Source of the DNA: an uncultured bacterium
GTDB taxonomy: Bacteria; Fermentibacterota; Fermentibacteria; Fermentibacterales; Fermentibacteraceae
DNA: 64,000 bases
Direction of reading: 5' to 3'
NCBI GenBank assembly: GCA_964569245.1
Contig: CAZMTK010000003.1
Location: forward strand, 58,485 to 122,484
Shown here: positions 19,321 to 28,670 of the stretch, piece after piece
How positions within the stretch are numbered: the stretch's first letter is position 1
Layout: each line of letters begins with the position of its first letter
Position numbers and translations under genes: made by a program
The notes under the pieces: generated by a model
Seen by the model: only the letters and a program-made list of their open reading frames with translations
Databases searched by the model: none
Told to the model about the DNA's origin: nothing

Positions 19321-20539
19321 ACCGCAGGGCCTCCACGGGATCCATCCTCGCGGCCTTCCAGGCGGGGATCACTCCGAAGACGAGCCCGGTGCCAGCGGAG
19401 AACGACACGGCAAGCAGGGCCGCGAGCGGGCTTACAGCGGCAGGGACCGGGGTGAGGCTGTCGGCTGCTATCGTGAGCGCATAGCCGAGCAGAAGCCCCA
19501 GCAGGCCTCCCGCGAGACTGATGATCAGAGCCTCGGCGAGAAACTGCCGGACGATGTCGCGCCTCATCGCGCCCATCGCCCTCCTGGTGCCTATCTCGCG
19601 GGTCCTCTCCGTCACGCTCACGAGCATGATGTTCATGATCCCGATCCCGCCGACCAGGAGGGATATCGCCGCTATGCCGATCGTTATCGCCGCAGCGCCC
19701 GCCATGATCTGCTGCATCGAATCCAGGATGCCCTGCTGGGTCGTGATGTAGAAGTTGTCCGGCGCCTGGAAGGGCACGCCCCTTATCCTCCTCAGCACGA
19801 GCCGGGCCTCCTCCCGGCATTCCTCGAGGCTTACCCCCCGGCGCGGAATGACGGCGATCTCCACCTCGCTCCTGCCGTCGGAAAGCAGCTCGGACCAGGT
19901 CGTCCAGGGAACGGCCACGAAGTCGTCCAGCCCGTGCCCGAAGATGCTCCCCAGGGGCCTGGCGATGCCTATGACAGTGAAGCGGACGCCGCTCACGGTG
20001 ACATCGCCCCCGATCAGCCCGGCAGCGGTGCCCAGGTTGTCCGCCAGGTCGCTCCCCAGGACGCAGACCCTGGCCCTGGCCTCGTACTCCGCATGGGTGA
20101 AGAACCGCCCTGTGCCGACGGCGAAGCCTGCTACCTCGGTCTCCGAGGGGGCCAGGGCCCTTATCCTCGCGGACTCCACGGTGCGGTCTGCGAAGGTGAC
20201 TCTCCCGCCGGAACCGGACCTCCAGGCGACGCCGCCGGCCGTCGTCATGAGCCCTTCGAGCTCCATCGCCTGGTCAACTGTCAGCTCGGGCCATCTGCGC
20301 GATTCGAGCCATGCATCCAGGTCCTCGAATCCGCTCGAGAACCTCGAGATCTCGAACACGCGAGCCCCCAGGACCGTGTCGAACTGGTCGCTTATGTAGT
20401 TCCGTATGCCCGTCACGAGCCCCACCAGGGAGACGACTGCGGAAACGCCGATGAGCACCCCCAGCGAGGCGAGCGACGTGCGCATCCGGTTCGACCTCAT
20501 GGCCCACAGCGCCGAAACGACCACCTCGGGCGGCCTCAT
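19313..20539 (-). CDS. ABC transporter permease, FtsX/MacB family (paralog)
   Basis: Same architecture and the same MNIMLVSVTERTREIG signature; overlaps neighbours by 8 and 4 nt. Confidence 0.8.
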   Translation of the reverse strand: MRPPEVVVSALWAMRSNRMRTSLASLGVLIGVSAVVSLVGLVTGIRNYISDQFDTVLGARVFEISRFSSGFEDLDAWLESRRWPELTVDQAMELEGLMTTAGGVAWRSGSGGRVTFADRTVESARIRALAPSETEVAGFAVGTGRFFTHAEYEARARVCVLGSDLADNLGTAAGLIGGDVTVSGVRFTVIGIARPLGSIFGHGLDDFVAVPWTTWSELLSDGRSEVEIAVIPRRGVSLEECREEARLVLRRIRGVPFQAPDNFYITTQQGILDSMQQIMAGAAAITIGIAAISLLVGGIGIMNIMLVSVTERTREIGTRRAMGAMRRDIVRQFLAEALIISLAGGLLGLLLGYALTIAADSLTPVPAAVSPLAALLAVSFSAGTGLVFGVIPAWKAARMDPVEALRYE

Positions 20540-21228
20540 CCTTCGGAGTCGCTCTCTATCCTGCCGTCGCGGATGCGGACGACGCGCCTCGCCGAAGCCG
20601 CCACTCCGGCGTCGTGGGTTACGAGGAGAATGGTGTTGCCGTCGGCGTGTATCCTGCGGAAGAGGTCGAGGATCATCACGCCGGTCCTGCTGTCGAGGTT
20701 CCCGGTCGGCTCGTCGGCGAGCAGCAGCGCCGGGCGGGTGACGAGGGCCCTGGCTATGGCGACCCGCTGACGCTCCCCGCCGGAGAGCTGGTTCGGTCTG
20801 TGGCCGGCCCTGTCCGCGAGGCCGACCTGCTCCAGCATCTCCATCGCCCTCTCGCGCCTGTCGCGTCCCGATACCCGTGCATAGACGAGCGGGAGTTCGA
20901 CGTTCTCCACTGCCGATGCCCTCGGGAGCAGGTTGAAGGTCTGGAAGACGAATCCGATGAACCTGTTCCGGATCAGCGCCAGCTCGGAGTCGTCCATGCT
21001 GTCGACCCTGCGGCCCAGGAGCTCGTAGGAGCCGGCCGTCGGGCGGTCGAGGCAGCCGATTATGCTGAGGAGAGTGCTCTTCCCGGATCCGGACGCGCCC
21101 ATCATGCAGGTGAACTCGCCCTGTCCCATCCTGAAGTCGATCCCTGCAATGGCCTCCACGTCCACCTCGCCCATGCGGTAGACCTTGCGGAGCCCCTTCG
21201 CATCAACGACGGGACCTGAAGCCGTCAC
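20536..21228 (-). CDS. ABC transporter ATP-binding protein (LolD/MacB-ATPase-like)
   Basis: Walker A GASGSGKST, Q-loop, signature LSGGERQRVAIARAL, Walker B LLLADEPT, H-motif VTHD. Confidence 0.85.
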   Translation of the reverse strand: MTASGPVVDAKGLRKVYRMGEVDVEAIAGIDFRMGQGEFTCMMGASGSGKSTLLSIIGCLDRPTAGSYELLGRRVDSMDDSELALIRNRFIGFVFQTFNLLPRASAVENVELPLVYARVSGRDRRERAMEMLEQVGLADRAGHRPNQLSGGERQRVAIARALVTRPALLLADEPTGNLDSRTGVMILDLFRRIHADGNTILLVTHDAGVAASARRVVRIRDGRIESDSEG

Positions 21229-22372
21229 CGCGCCTCCCGTTTCCGGTCCTCACCGGATCTCCGTCGCGGAGGTCCCTCAGAGCCTCCAGCGGCCCCGAGA
21301 CCACGCTGTCGCCGCGCTCGACACCCGTGACCTCTATGTCCATCATGCCTGCTATGCCGGTCCTGACGGGCACGGACTCCACCCTTCCGCCGGAAATCCT
21401 GAGGACGACATCGATCTCGCGCGTGCTGTCCCCGGGGTCCTCCCGCGGAACCACGCACTGCACCGGCACGAAAAGGCATGAGTCGCGGGCTGCGGTGACG
21501 ATCTCCACCTGCGCCGACATGCCCGACCTCAGCCTGGGGTCGGCGCACGGCAGGAGGACCGTCACCTCGTACTCGGCGACCTCGTCCGCAGAGAGGCCCG
21601 CCGAAGTCGATGAGAGGCCGACGGCCGTCACCTCGCCGTCGAAGGTCGTGTCGGGAAGGGCGTCCAGCGTCACCTCAGCCGGCATGCCGGCTTCCACCTC
21701 CACGACCTCGCTCTCCACCATCCTTACCCTGACCGCCAGGGTGGACATGTCCTCTATCGTCATGAGGACGGTTCCCGGGTTGTTCATCGTGCCGACCACG
21801 GCCATCTCGCCCTGCTCGACGTTGAGCGCGGTCACGATCCCGTCCATCGGGGATGTGTATGTCCTCCTGGAGAGCTCGTTCTCCGCCATCTCCACTCCCG
21901 CCCTCGCACGCAGGACAGAGGCCCAGGCCGTCTGGGCGGCCTCCCTGGCGGCCATGAGCTGCTCCTCGCTGGCAAGGCCGGCCTCGAAGAGGGCTTCGGC
22001 CCTGTCCCTGGCGCGGTCGGCCTGCGTCCAGGCGACGGAGGCCGAGTAGGCCGAAGCCTCGGCCTCGTCCAGCGAGGCTGCGGCCTCGGCTGTCTCCAGC
22101 GCGAGCAGCAGGTCGCCTCTGTGCACCGTGTCGCCCTCGGCCACCGCGATGGTGTCGATGATCCCCATCGTGGACGCGCTTATCTCCACCCTCGAGAGCC
22201 CCTCGACCCGGCCGCTCCCGGTCGCCCGCTGCTCGAGCCTGCCGCTCTCCACGATCGCGATCTGCACCTGGCCTGCTCGGCTCCGCGGTCTGCAGAGGGC
22301 TATGCCGCCGATCATCGCGGCAGCGAGGACGAGCAATGTCCAGACGAGCCTCTTCTTCCTCTTGCGGGCCAC
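21203..22372 (-). CDS. Efflux periplasmic adaptor (membrane fusion protein, HlyD/MacA family)
   Basis: N-terminal TM anchor, coiled-coil hairpin, lipoyl/beta-barrel domains typical of membrane fusion proteins; sits between the OMF and the ABC genes. Confidence 0.75.
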   Translation of the reverse strand: MARKRKKRLVWTLLVLAAAMIGGIALCRPRSRAGQVQIAIVESGRLEQRATGSGRVEGLSRVEISASTMGIIDTIAVAEGDTVHRGDLLLALETAEAAASLDEAEASAYSASVAWTQADRARDRAEALFEAGLASEEQLMAAREAAQTAWASVLRARAGVEMAENELSRRTYTSPMDGIVTALNVEQGEMAVVGTMNNPGTVLMTIEDMSTLAVRVRMVESEVVEVEAGMPAEVTLDALPDTTFDGEVTAVGLSSTSAGLSADEVAEYEVTVLLPCADPRLRSGMSAQVEIVTAARDSCLFVPVQCVVPREDPGDSTREIDVVLRISGGRVESVPVRTGIAGMMDIEVTGVERGDSVVSGPLEALRDLRDGDPVRTGNGRRGDGFRSRR

Positions 22373-22376
22373 CTTG

Positions 22377-23657
22377 CTACTCCCCCAGACGGGGGCTCCG
22401 CCCCGTCAGAACCCAGAGCTCCGCCTCGGCCACGAGACAGCCGGCTCTGGCGCTGATCGCCGCCGCCTCGGCTTCCGTCAGGGCGGCCTGGGCGTCGAGC
22501 AGATCGATCAGACCCAGGCTGCCGAGATCGTAGCTCATCTGCGACAGCTCCAGCTGCTTGCGTGCATAGTCGAGAGACATCAGCGCGAGCTCGTAGCTCG
22601 CGATGGAGTTGAGCAGGGTCTCGCGGGCGTTGCTGGCGGAACCCGTCAGCGAGTTCTCGGCGGACCTCGCCTGGGCCTGTGCGGAGAGCTCAGCTGCGCG
22701 CGCAGCCTGGATCCGGCTCTCCCTGAGCCAGCCGTCGAAGATCTGCCATGTCAGGTTGAGCCTGACGTTCCAGGAGTCCTCGTCCGGTATGTCGCCGGGC
22801 TCGAAGCGCGTGTCGCTCCAGCTCCAGGAAGCGCTCGCGGAGAGAGACGGCAGATAGGCTCTCCGCCTGGCGGAGTGCGCCGTGGCTGCGCCCTCGGCCG
22901 AGAGTCTGGCCGCGGCGAGCGAGGGATTTCCGTCCACGGCGACCGGTATGGCCTCGGCCTCTGCCGCGCGCAGCGGCCTGAGCACCGCGGACGTGTCCAC
23001 CAGGAGCTCGCCTCGGGGGACGTCCGACACTCCGGCGACCCGGTAGAGCTCCGTGTATGCGGCGTTCAGCGCCTGCTCCCTCTGAGCCACGGCCAGCCTG
23101 TCCCTGCTCTCGCTCACCTGGGACTGGACGAGCTCTAGCCTGGTGGCTGCACCGAGGTCGTAGAGTGCACGGACCCTGTCGAGCTGGCTCCCGCTTCTCG
23201 CGAGGGAAGCGCGCGCCGACTCCACGAGCCCCATGGCCTCGACCACGCCGTAGAAAGCCCTCGCGACGGACAGCTGGAGGTCGAGCAGCGCCGCCTCGCG
23301 GTCCATGCGGGCCGCATCGAGATCGAGCCTCGAAGCCGAGAGCTCCATCCAGCTGGCGCCCCCGGAGGCGAGTATCTCCTGGGAGAGAGTCACGCTGCCG
23401 CCGTATGTCTCCTCGTCCACATCGCCGGCGAAGGGCGAGCTGTACCAGGAATGGCCGGCGCTGGCCGAGAGAGTGAGGCTTGGCAGCAGGGACGACCTGG
23501 AGGCCGAAACCCCCGAGGACGCGCTCATCACCGAAGCGTCCGCCCGCGCGAGTTCGGGCGAGTTGCCGACAGCGAGCGAGACCCAGCCCGAGAGGTCCAG
23601 CTCGTCGGCGCCTACGGCGAACGCCAGCATCGCGAGGATGACCGGTGCGAATCGCAT
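22377..23657 (-). CDS. TolC-like outer-membrane efflux factor
   Basis: Signal peptide MRFAPVILAMLAFAVGA, two tandem OEP repeats with coiled-coil regions. The start is at M279 of the 704-aa track ORF, with a GGAGGAG RBS 5-7 nt upstream. Confidence 0.8.
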   Translation of the reverse strand: MRFAPVILAMLAFAVGADELDLSGWVSLAVGNSPELARADASVMSASSGVSASRSSLLPSLTLSASAGHSWYSSPFAGDVDEETYGGSVTLSQEILASGGASWMELSASRLDLDAARMDREAALLDLQLSVARAFYGVVEAMGLVESARASLARSGSQLDRVRALYDLGAATRLELVQSQVSESRDRLAVAQREQALNAAYTELYRVAGVSDVPRGELLVDTSAVLRPLRAAEAEAIPVAVDGNPSLAAARLSAEGAATAHSARRRAYLPSLSASASWSWSDTRFEPGDIPDEDSWNVRLNLTWQIFDGWLRESRIQAARAAELSAQAQARSAENSLTGSASNARETLLNSIASYELALMSLDYARKQLELSQMSYDLGSLGLIDLLDAQAALTEAEAAAISARAGCLVAEAELWVLTGRSPRLGE

Positions 23658-23746
23658 CTGCACTCCTCCTAGAGCCGCGCATGCCGCCCCGGCAGCCCCG
23701 GGGCGGAGAAAGCGCACACTTCGGGTTCGGGCATGTCTCTCACCTT

Positions 23747-24469
23747 CTATCTCCTCCCGGCGAATGCCAGGGAGGACACCAGAACGATTCCAGCGGCATA
23801 GACTGCCGCCGCGGTGCGTATGCCCTCGAGGGGCTTCCTCGACGAGATGGCAGAGATGCCGAGCCCCCAGACTGAGACAGTGACGATGGAAGGAAGATCG
23901 ATGTTGCCGGCGGCGATCCAGAGGGCGGTTTCGAGCTGTCCGGGAGAGGCGGGGGCTCCTCCCGCCAGAGAGAGCAGGCCGGGTATCGAGGGCGAGCCCG
24001 TCAGCGTCATCATGAGAAGGGCGGATGCCGTCGCGGAGATCAGGTAGGCTCCCTGCGCGAGCGCGGCGGCGGCGATGTGAAGGCCGGGGCCCGGCCCTCC
24101 TCTCGAAGACCTGCCCAGACCCCAGGCTGCGGCGCCGGCGGCCGCCGCGACAACGCAGCGCTCCAGGAGTCTCGCGAACGGCTCGATCCTCCTGGAAAGC
24201 CTGATCGCTTCCACCTCGGCGGCGGCCGCCGAGTCGGCTTCGGCCTGAGAGGCACCGCCTTCGACCAGCTCGAGCGACCTCGCCTCCTCGTACCTCCCGA
24301 CGGCCCCCTCGAAGTCGCCGATGCCTGCCGCAGCGATCAGCATCGCGAGACAGACTGCCGCCGCAGATGCCAGCGCCAGAGCGGCGGAACCCGGGTCGGA
24401 CAGCATTCCGAAGGCCCTGCGAGGGCTCCAGAACTGGATAATGACCGCAGCGGGAGCGGAGGCTCTCAT
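23747..24469 (-). CDS. Hypothetical polytopic membrane protein
   Basis: It is the C-terminal 240 aa of track ORF 23747..25717, with several hydrophobic helices. The ATG overlaps the glgA stop (ATGA), and no family is recognised. Confidence 0.4.
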   Translation of the reverse strand: MRASAPAAVIIQFWSPRRAFGMLSDPGSAALALASAAAVCLAMLIAAAGIGDFEGAVGRYEEARSLELVEGGASQAEADSAAAAEVEAIRLSRRIEPFARLLERCVVAAAAGAAAWGLGRSSRGGPGPGLHIAAAALAQGAYLISATASALLMMTLTGSPSIPGLLSLAGGAPASPGQLETALWIAAGNIDLPSIVTVSVWGLGISAISSRKPLEGIRTAAAVYAAGIVLVSSLAFAGRR

Positions 24470-25875
24470 CTTGCGCCGGCTGCCATCGCATAGACCTCTT
24501 CGTATGCGGGAATCCTGGAAGCCCACGAGTCGTCCCGCGCCATTCCGCGCCTCATCGCGGACCTCCACGCCCTCCTGTCGATGAAGGCGTCCCCCGCACG
24601 GGAGAGGGCCGCCTCCAGATCGTCGGGGGAATCGCCGTCGAACAGGAATCCCGTGCCCCTCGTGCGCATGTCGATGACCGTGTCGGCCAGCCCGCCGGTC
24701 CTTCTGGCCACTGGAAGGCTGCCGTACCTCATGGCTATCATCTGGGTGAGCCCGCAGGGCTCGAATCTGCTCGGCATCAGGAACATGTCCGACCCCGCGA
24801 AGAGCCTGTGGGAGAAGTCCTCGTCCCATCCTGCCCTGAAGAAGACCCTGTCCGGGTAGTCGGCGGCGAGGGCTGAGATCGAGTCCTCTATCCATCTGTC
24901 GCCCGAACCCAGCACGGCGAGGGCCATCTCCCCCCTGCCGACCGGCCCTGCGGCGCCTGCCGCGAGGAGGTCCATGCCCTTCTGCGGAGTCAGCCTGGAC
25001 ACTACGGCGGCGAGGGGAATCCTGCGAGGCGCGTCCAGACCGGTCTCTGCGACGAGAGCGTCGCGGCAGAGCAGCTTCCTGCCGAGGCTGGGAGCCGCAT
25101 ACGGGGCTGCGATGAGCGGGTCGTCCTCTGGACCCCATAGTTCCGTGTCTATGCCGTTCAGTATTCCGAACAGGACATGCGCCCTGGAGCGGAGCACTCC
25201 GTCCAGGCCTTCTCCTCCGGAAGGGAGCTGTATCTCCCTCGCATAGCCGGGGCTCACCGTAGTGACCGCCCGCGAGTACACGATCCCGCCCTTCATGAAG
25301 CTGAAGTCTCCGAAGAACTCGAGACCCTCGACCGAGAACATCGCGGGGGGAAGCCCGGTCTCGGGATAGAGGGCTGCATCGAACCGGCCCTGGAACGCCA
25401 GGTTGTGGATCGTGAACACGGTCGGCGGGCCGCCGAGGTGTTCCAGCATCGGAGGAACGAGCCCGGAGTGCCAGTCGTGGCAGTGCACGACGTCCCACGG
25501 ACCGGTCGAGCCGAGCACAGCCGCCGCGGCTCGGCAGAAGAAGGAGAACCTGAGCGCGTTGTCCGGGTAGGCCTCGAATTCGCTGGGACCGTAGTAGCCC
25601 TCCCTTCCGAAGAGGCCCTCCTCTGCGACGAAGTACACGGGCACCCCTCCGGGAAGCCTCGCGGTCGCCACCCCGAAGCTCTCCCCCCTCCAGGTCCTCC
25701 ATTCGCCGGAAAGCCACTCGACATCCTGGCGGATCCTCCTCGAATAGTAGGGGGCCACCACAGCAGTCTCGTGACCGGCTTCCGCCAGAGCCTGCGGCAG
25801 CGAGCCCGCCACGCTCCCCAGCCCGCCTGTCATGGCGAACGGGTGTACCTCAGCCGAAACATGGAGTAGCCTCAT
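24466..25875 (-). CDS. glgA: Glycogen synthase (ADP-glucose type, GT5)
   Basis: MRLLHVSAEVHPFAMTGGLGSV (KTGGL-like), HCHDWHS, and the C-terminal sugar-nucleotide-binding motifs. The start is at M195 of the track ORF and overlaps the dedA stop (ATGA). Confidence 0.85.
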   Translation of the reverse strand: MRLLHVSAEVHPFAMTGGLGSVAGSLPQALAEAGHETAVVAPYYSRRIRQDVEWLSGEWRTWRGESFGVATARLPGGVPVYFVAEEGLFGREGYYGPSEFEAYPDNALRFSFFCRAAAAVLGSTGPWDVVHCHDWHSGLVPPMLEHLGGPPTVFTIHNLAFQGRFDAALYPETGLPPAMFSVEGLEFFGDFSFMKGGIVYSRAVTTVSPGYAREIQLPSGGEGLDGVLRSRAHVLFGILNGIDTELWGPEDDPLIAAPYAAPSLGRKLLCRDALVAETGLDAPRRIPLAAVVSRLTPQKGMDLLAAGAAGPVGRGEMALAVLGSGDRWIEDSISALAADYPDRVFFRAGWDEDFSHRLFAGSDMFLMPSRFEPCGLTQMIAMRYGSLPVARRTGGLADTVIDMRTRGTGFLFDGDSPDDLEAALSRAGDAFIDRRAWRSAMRRGMARDDSWASRIPAYEEVYAMAAGAR

Positions 25876-26477
25876 CTCCGCCTCCCCGCCGCCCTGACCG
25901 ACGCCAGCACGGCAAGCACGGCGAACAGGGCGGTCCAGAACCAGATCTCGTAGCTCCTCATCAGCGACTCCACGGCCCTCAGGCTGCCACCGAGCATCGA
26001 GCCGGCCACCGCGAGCAGGGCATACCAGAGAAGGGCGCTGCCGCCAGCCCAGCAGAAGGCCCTCAAGGGATTCAGGCCGGAGTAGCCCGCGACAACCACG
26101 ATGGCGGACCGGATCCCCGGGATGAACCTGCTTCCGAGCAGAACCAGGCCGCCCCTGCGCTCGAAGAGCGCTTCGGCCCTCGCGACCCTGCCCTCCCCGA
26201 GGCATCTGAGAAGGAAGGGCCTCATCCTGCTCCTCCCCAGCCTCCTGCCGAGTGCGAGGAGGGCGGCGGTACCGGCCAGACACCCGGCAGCGCCGGCGGC
26301 GCCCGATGCCGCAGCAGCCAGCGCCCCGCCGCCGCACCAGCCCGCCAGCACCACGAAGAGCACGTCCCCGGGAAAGGGCGGGAAGAGAGTCTCCACCAGA
26401 GCGGTCGCGCCGAGCACGAGGTGTATCCAGGCTCCGGGGGGATGCCGGATCAGCCATGCGAGCAGCTCGTGGATCAT
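25872..26477 (-). CDS. DedA/SNARE-associated (VTT-domain) membrane protein
   Basis: ETLFPPFPGDVLFVVLAGW and GSRFIPGIRS motifs. The start is taken at M22 of the track ORF and overlaps the ispDF stop (ATGA). Confidence 0.7.
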   Translation of the reverse strand: MIHELLAWLIRHPPGAWIHLVLGATALVETLFPPFPGDVLFVVLAGWCGGGALAAAASGAAGAAGCLAGTAALLALGRRLGRSRMRPFLLRCLGEGRVARAEALFERRGGLVLLGSRFIPGIRSAIVVVAGYSGLNPLRAFCWAGGSALLWYALLAVAGSMLGGSLRAVESLMRSYEIWFWTALFAVLAVLASVRAAGRRR

Positions 26478-27625
26478 CCGGGGCGGTTCTCCATTTCCAC
26501 GAGAGCGATGCAGGCCAGGCCCTCCCCCCTGCCGAGGCATCCCAGCGAGTTGGTCGTAGTCCCCTTGATCCAGACGGCGTCAGGCCCGACGCCCAGTATG
26601 CCCGCCAGCCTTGCGAGCATGGCCTCCCTGTGCCGGGAGACCCTCGGAAACTCCCCGATCAGGGTGATGTCGGCGGATACCACCCGCCAGCCCCTCTCGC
26701 CGGCGACGGTGAGCGCGCGCGACAGCAGAACCGAGCTGTCCGCCCCCCGAAGAGACTCGTCGGAGGGCGGGAAGAGGACGCCAATGTCTCCCGCCCTTGC
26801 GCACGACAGCACTGCATCGGCTACGGCGTGAAGCACGGCATCGCCGTCGGAGTGTCCCTCAAGCCCCCCCGACGAGGACAGCCGGCAGCCGCATACGACG
26901 AGAGGCCTCCCTTCAGATGCCGGGTGAGCGTCGAAGCCCACGGCCATGCGCCTCGCTGGCGCAGGAGCGATCTTCTCGAGGAGCCTCAGGTCCGCCTGCG
27001 ACGTCAGCTTGACCCCGAGCGGGTCTCCCTCGACTGCGGACACCTCGAATCCCGCGATTTCGAGGGCGGCGCACTCGTCCGTGAAGTCGGCCTGGGAATC
27101 CATCGCGGCTTCCAGGATGTCCCTCCTGAACCCCTGCGGAGTCTGGCTGGCCCACAGCCCGGTCCTGTCCAGAGTGCAGGCGACCCTGCCGCCCTCGAGC
27201 CTCTTCAGCGTGTCGCTCACGGGTATCACCGGCACGGCCGCTCCAGTCCGCTCCGCCGCCTCGATCACCCTCGACATCGCGTCGCCCCCAGCGAAGGGCC
27301 TGGCAGCATCGTGGACAAGGACATGGTCTATGCGGGGGTCGAGGGCGGCGAGGCCGTTCCTGACGGAGTCCTGTCTGCGGGGGCCGCCCTCCGCGAGCAC
27401 GCATGCGACGCCCTCGGGCGGCGACCATCCGCCCGCACGTCCCTGCGGGAGGACGACGACTATGCTCCTCAAGAGGCCGAGGCCGGCCAGGGCGTCGAGC
27501 GCCCAGGACAGGACATGCCTGCCGGCGACCTCCACGAACTGCTTCGGAACGTCGCCGCCGAAGCGCTCGCCCCTTCCTGCCGCAAGCAGGACGGCGCCCC
27601 AGACGGGAGAGCGTCCGTCAGTCAC
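26474..27625 (-). CDS. ispDF: Bifunctional 2-C-methyl-D-erythritol 4-phosphate cytidylyltransferase / 2-C-methyl-D-erythritol 2,4-cyclodiphosphate synthase
   Basis: IspD motifs AVLLAAGRGERFG and VLVHDAARP. IspF motifs GFDAHP, SDGDAVLHA and GDIG. The start is taken at GTG (V46 of the track ORF), with a GGAGG 5 nt upstream. Confidence 0.85.
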   Translation of the reverse strand: MTDGRSPVWGAVLLAAGRGERFGGDVPKQFVEVAGRHVLSWALDALAGLGLLRSIVVVLPQGRAGGWSPPEGVACVLAEGGPRRQDSVRNGLAALDPRIDHVLVHDAARPFAGGDAMSRVIEAAERTGAAVPVIPVSDTLKRLEGGRVACTLDRTGLWASQTPQGFRRDILEAAMDSQADFTDECAALEIAGFEVSAVEGDPLGVKLTSQADLRLLEKIAPAPARRMAVGFDAHPASEGRPLVVCGCRLSSSGGLEGHSDGDAVLHAVADAVLSCARAGDIGVLFPPSDESLRGADSSVLLSRALTVAGERGWRVVSADITLIGEFPRVSRHREAMLARLAGILGVGPDAVWIKGTTTNSLGCLGRGEGLACIALVEMENRPG

Positions 27626-28670
27626 CTTCCTCCTCTTCGAACTCGACTGCTGCTGCACTGCCCGGATCGCGCTGATCCCTCTGCTCCGCCTCCTCGTCGG
27701 AGGCCGCGGGCGTTGCGAAGACCATGGTCCCCCCGGATGCGCGGAAAGTCGTGTGCGCAACCGCCTCCAGGGTCTTCCCGATCATGTCCTCGGCCTCCTC
27801 GACGACCACCATGGTCCCGTCGGAGAGGAAGCCCACGGCCTGGCCCTTGTTCCTGCCGCGCCTTATCGGCTTTATCCTGATCCTCTCGCCGGGCAGCACC
27901 ACCGCCTTGGTGGCCGCCCCCACTTCGTTCAGCCTGATGACGCGCACTCCCTCCCGGGCGGCGGTGTCGAGGAAATCGGGGTCCGAGCTCAGCAGCGTGG
28001 CTCCCTCTCTGCGCAGCCATTCGAGCATCCTGTTCCTCTGGCGGGCGGGCTCGCCGAAGTCCCTCTCCTCCAGACCTCCGGTCCTGCCGGCCGCCTCGGT
28101 CAGCCTCTCCAGTGTTTCCGCGCTCCTCCTGGCCCGCCCCCTCAGCACCAGGTCCTTCGATTTCAGCATCGAGTCTATCGAGGCTCTCGTGCCCGCCGGC
28201 ACTACGAACGGCCCGGTGAGCAGGCCGGTGAGCGCCATGTCGGCAACCCTGCCGTCGACCAGCGCAGTGGAATCGAGAAGCATCATCCTCGATCCGGAAG
28301 GAGCCGACGACCCGCCGGGCGCGATTCCCGGCGCGCCCCTCTTCCTCCCCTTGACCAGCGCCACATGGGCGAAGGCGTAGCCGAGGGCCGCCGGCACCAT
28401 CACCATGACCGGCGCCACCTTCACCCCCGCAAGGCTCAGCGTGAGCATGATCAGCAGCCCGGCCACCACCCCGGCTGCGGCACCGGCGACTATGAGGAAC
28501 GCATCCTCAATGGGCAGCCTGACGAACAGGAGCTCGATCGCCACGGTGAGCAGGCCTGTTCCGAGGCCCACCAGGCAGCCCACCCACCAGTTCCACTGCG
28601 GGGCGAAGCTGCCCAGCACCGTGAGCAGAAGCACGAGGAGGACGCGGGCCTCCCATCCGTTCGACTTCAT
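27618..28670 (-). CDS. yacL: PIN- and TRAM-domain membrane-anchored protein (YacL-like)
   Basis: N-terminal TM helices, a PIN-like region, a C-terminal TRAM-like beta-barrel and an acidic tail. Conserved position between radA and ispD, as in Firmicutes. Confidence 0.65.
   Translation of the reverse strand: MKSNGWEARVLLVLLLTVLGSFAPQWNWWVGCLVGLGTGLLTVAIELLFVRLPIEDAFLIVAGAAAGVVAGLLIMLTLSLAGVKVAPVMVMVPAALGYAFAHVALVKGRKRGAPGIAPGGSSAPSGSRMMLLDSTALVDGRVADMALTGLLTGPFVVPAGTRASIDSMLKSKDLVLRGRARRSAETLERLTEAAGRTGGLEERDFGEPARQRNRMLEWLRREGATLLSSDPDFLDTAAREGVRVIRLNEVGAATKAVVLPGERIRIKPIRRGRNKGQAVGFLSDGTMVVVEEAEDMIGKTLEAVAHTTFRASGGTMVFATPAASDEEAEQRDQRDPGSAAAVEFEEEEGD

Noticed and set aside
22690-24255. Multiple 60-330 aa ORFs overlapping the TolC-like gene and the membrane protein (e.g. 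22690..23682 -, 23057..23476 +, 24040..24255 -)
   Set aside because: They are shadow ORFs in alternative frames of real genes, with Arg/Gly-rich composition and no motifs.
27618-28670. PIN-TRAM protein as a toxin of a toxin-antitoxin system
   Set aside because: Its conserved position between radA and ispD and its membrane-anchored architecture match the housekeeping YacL family, not VapC-type toxins. There is also no partner antitoxin ORF.
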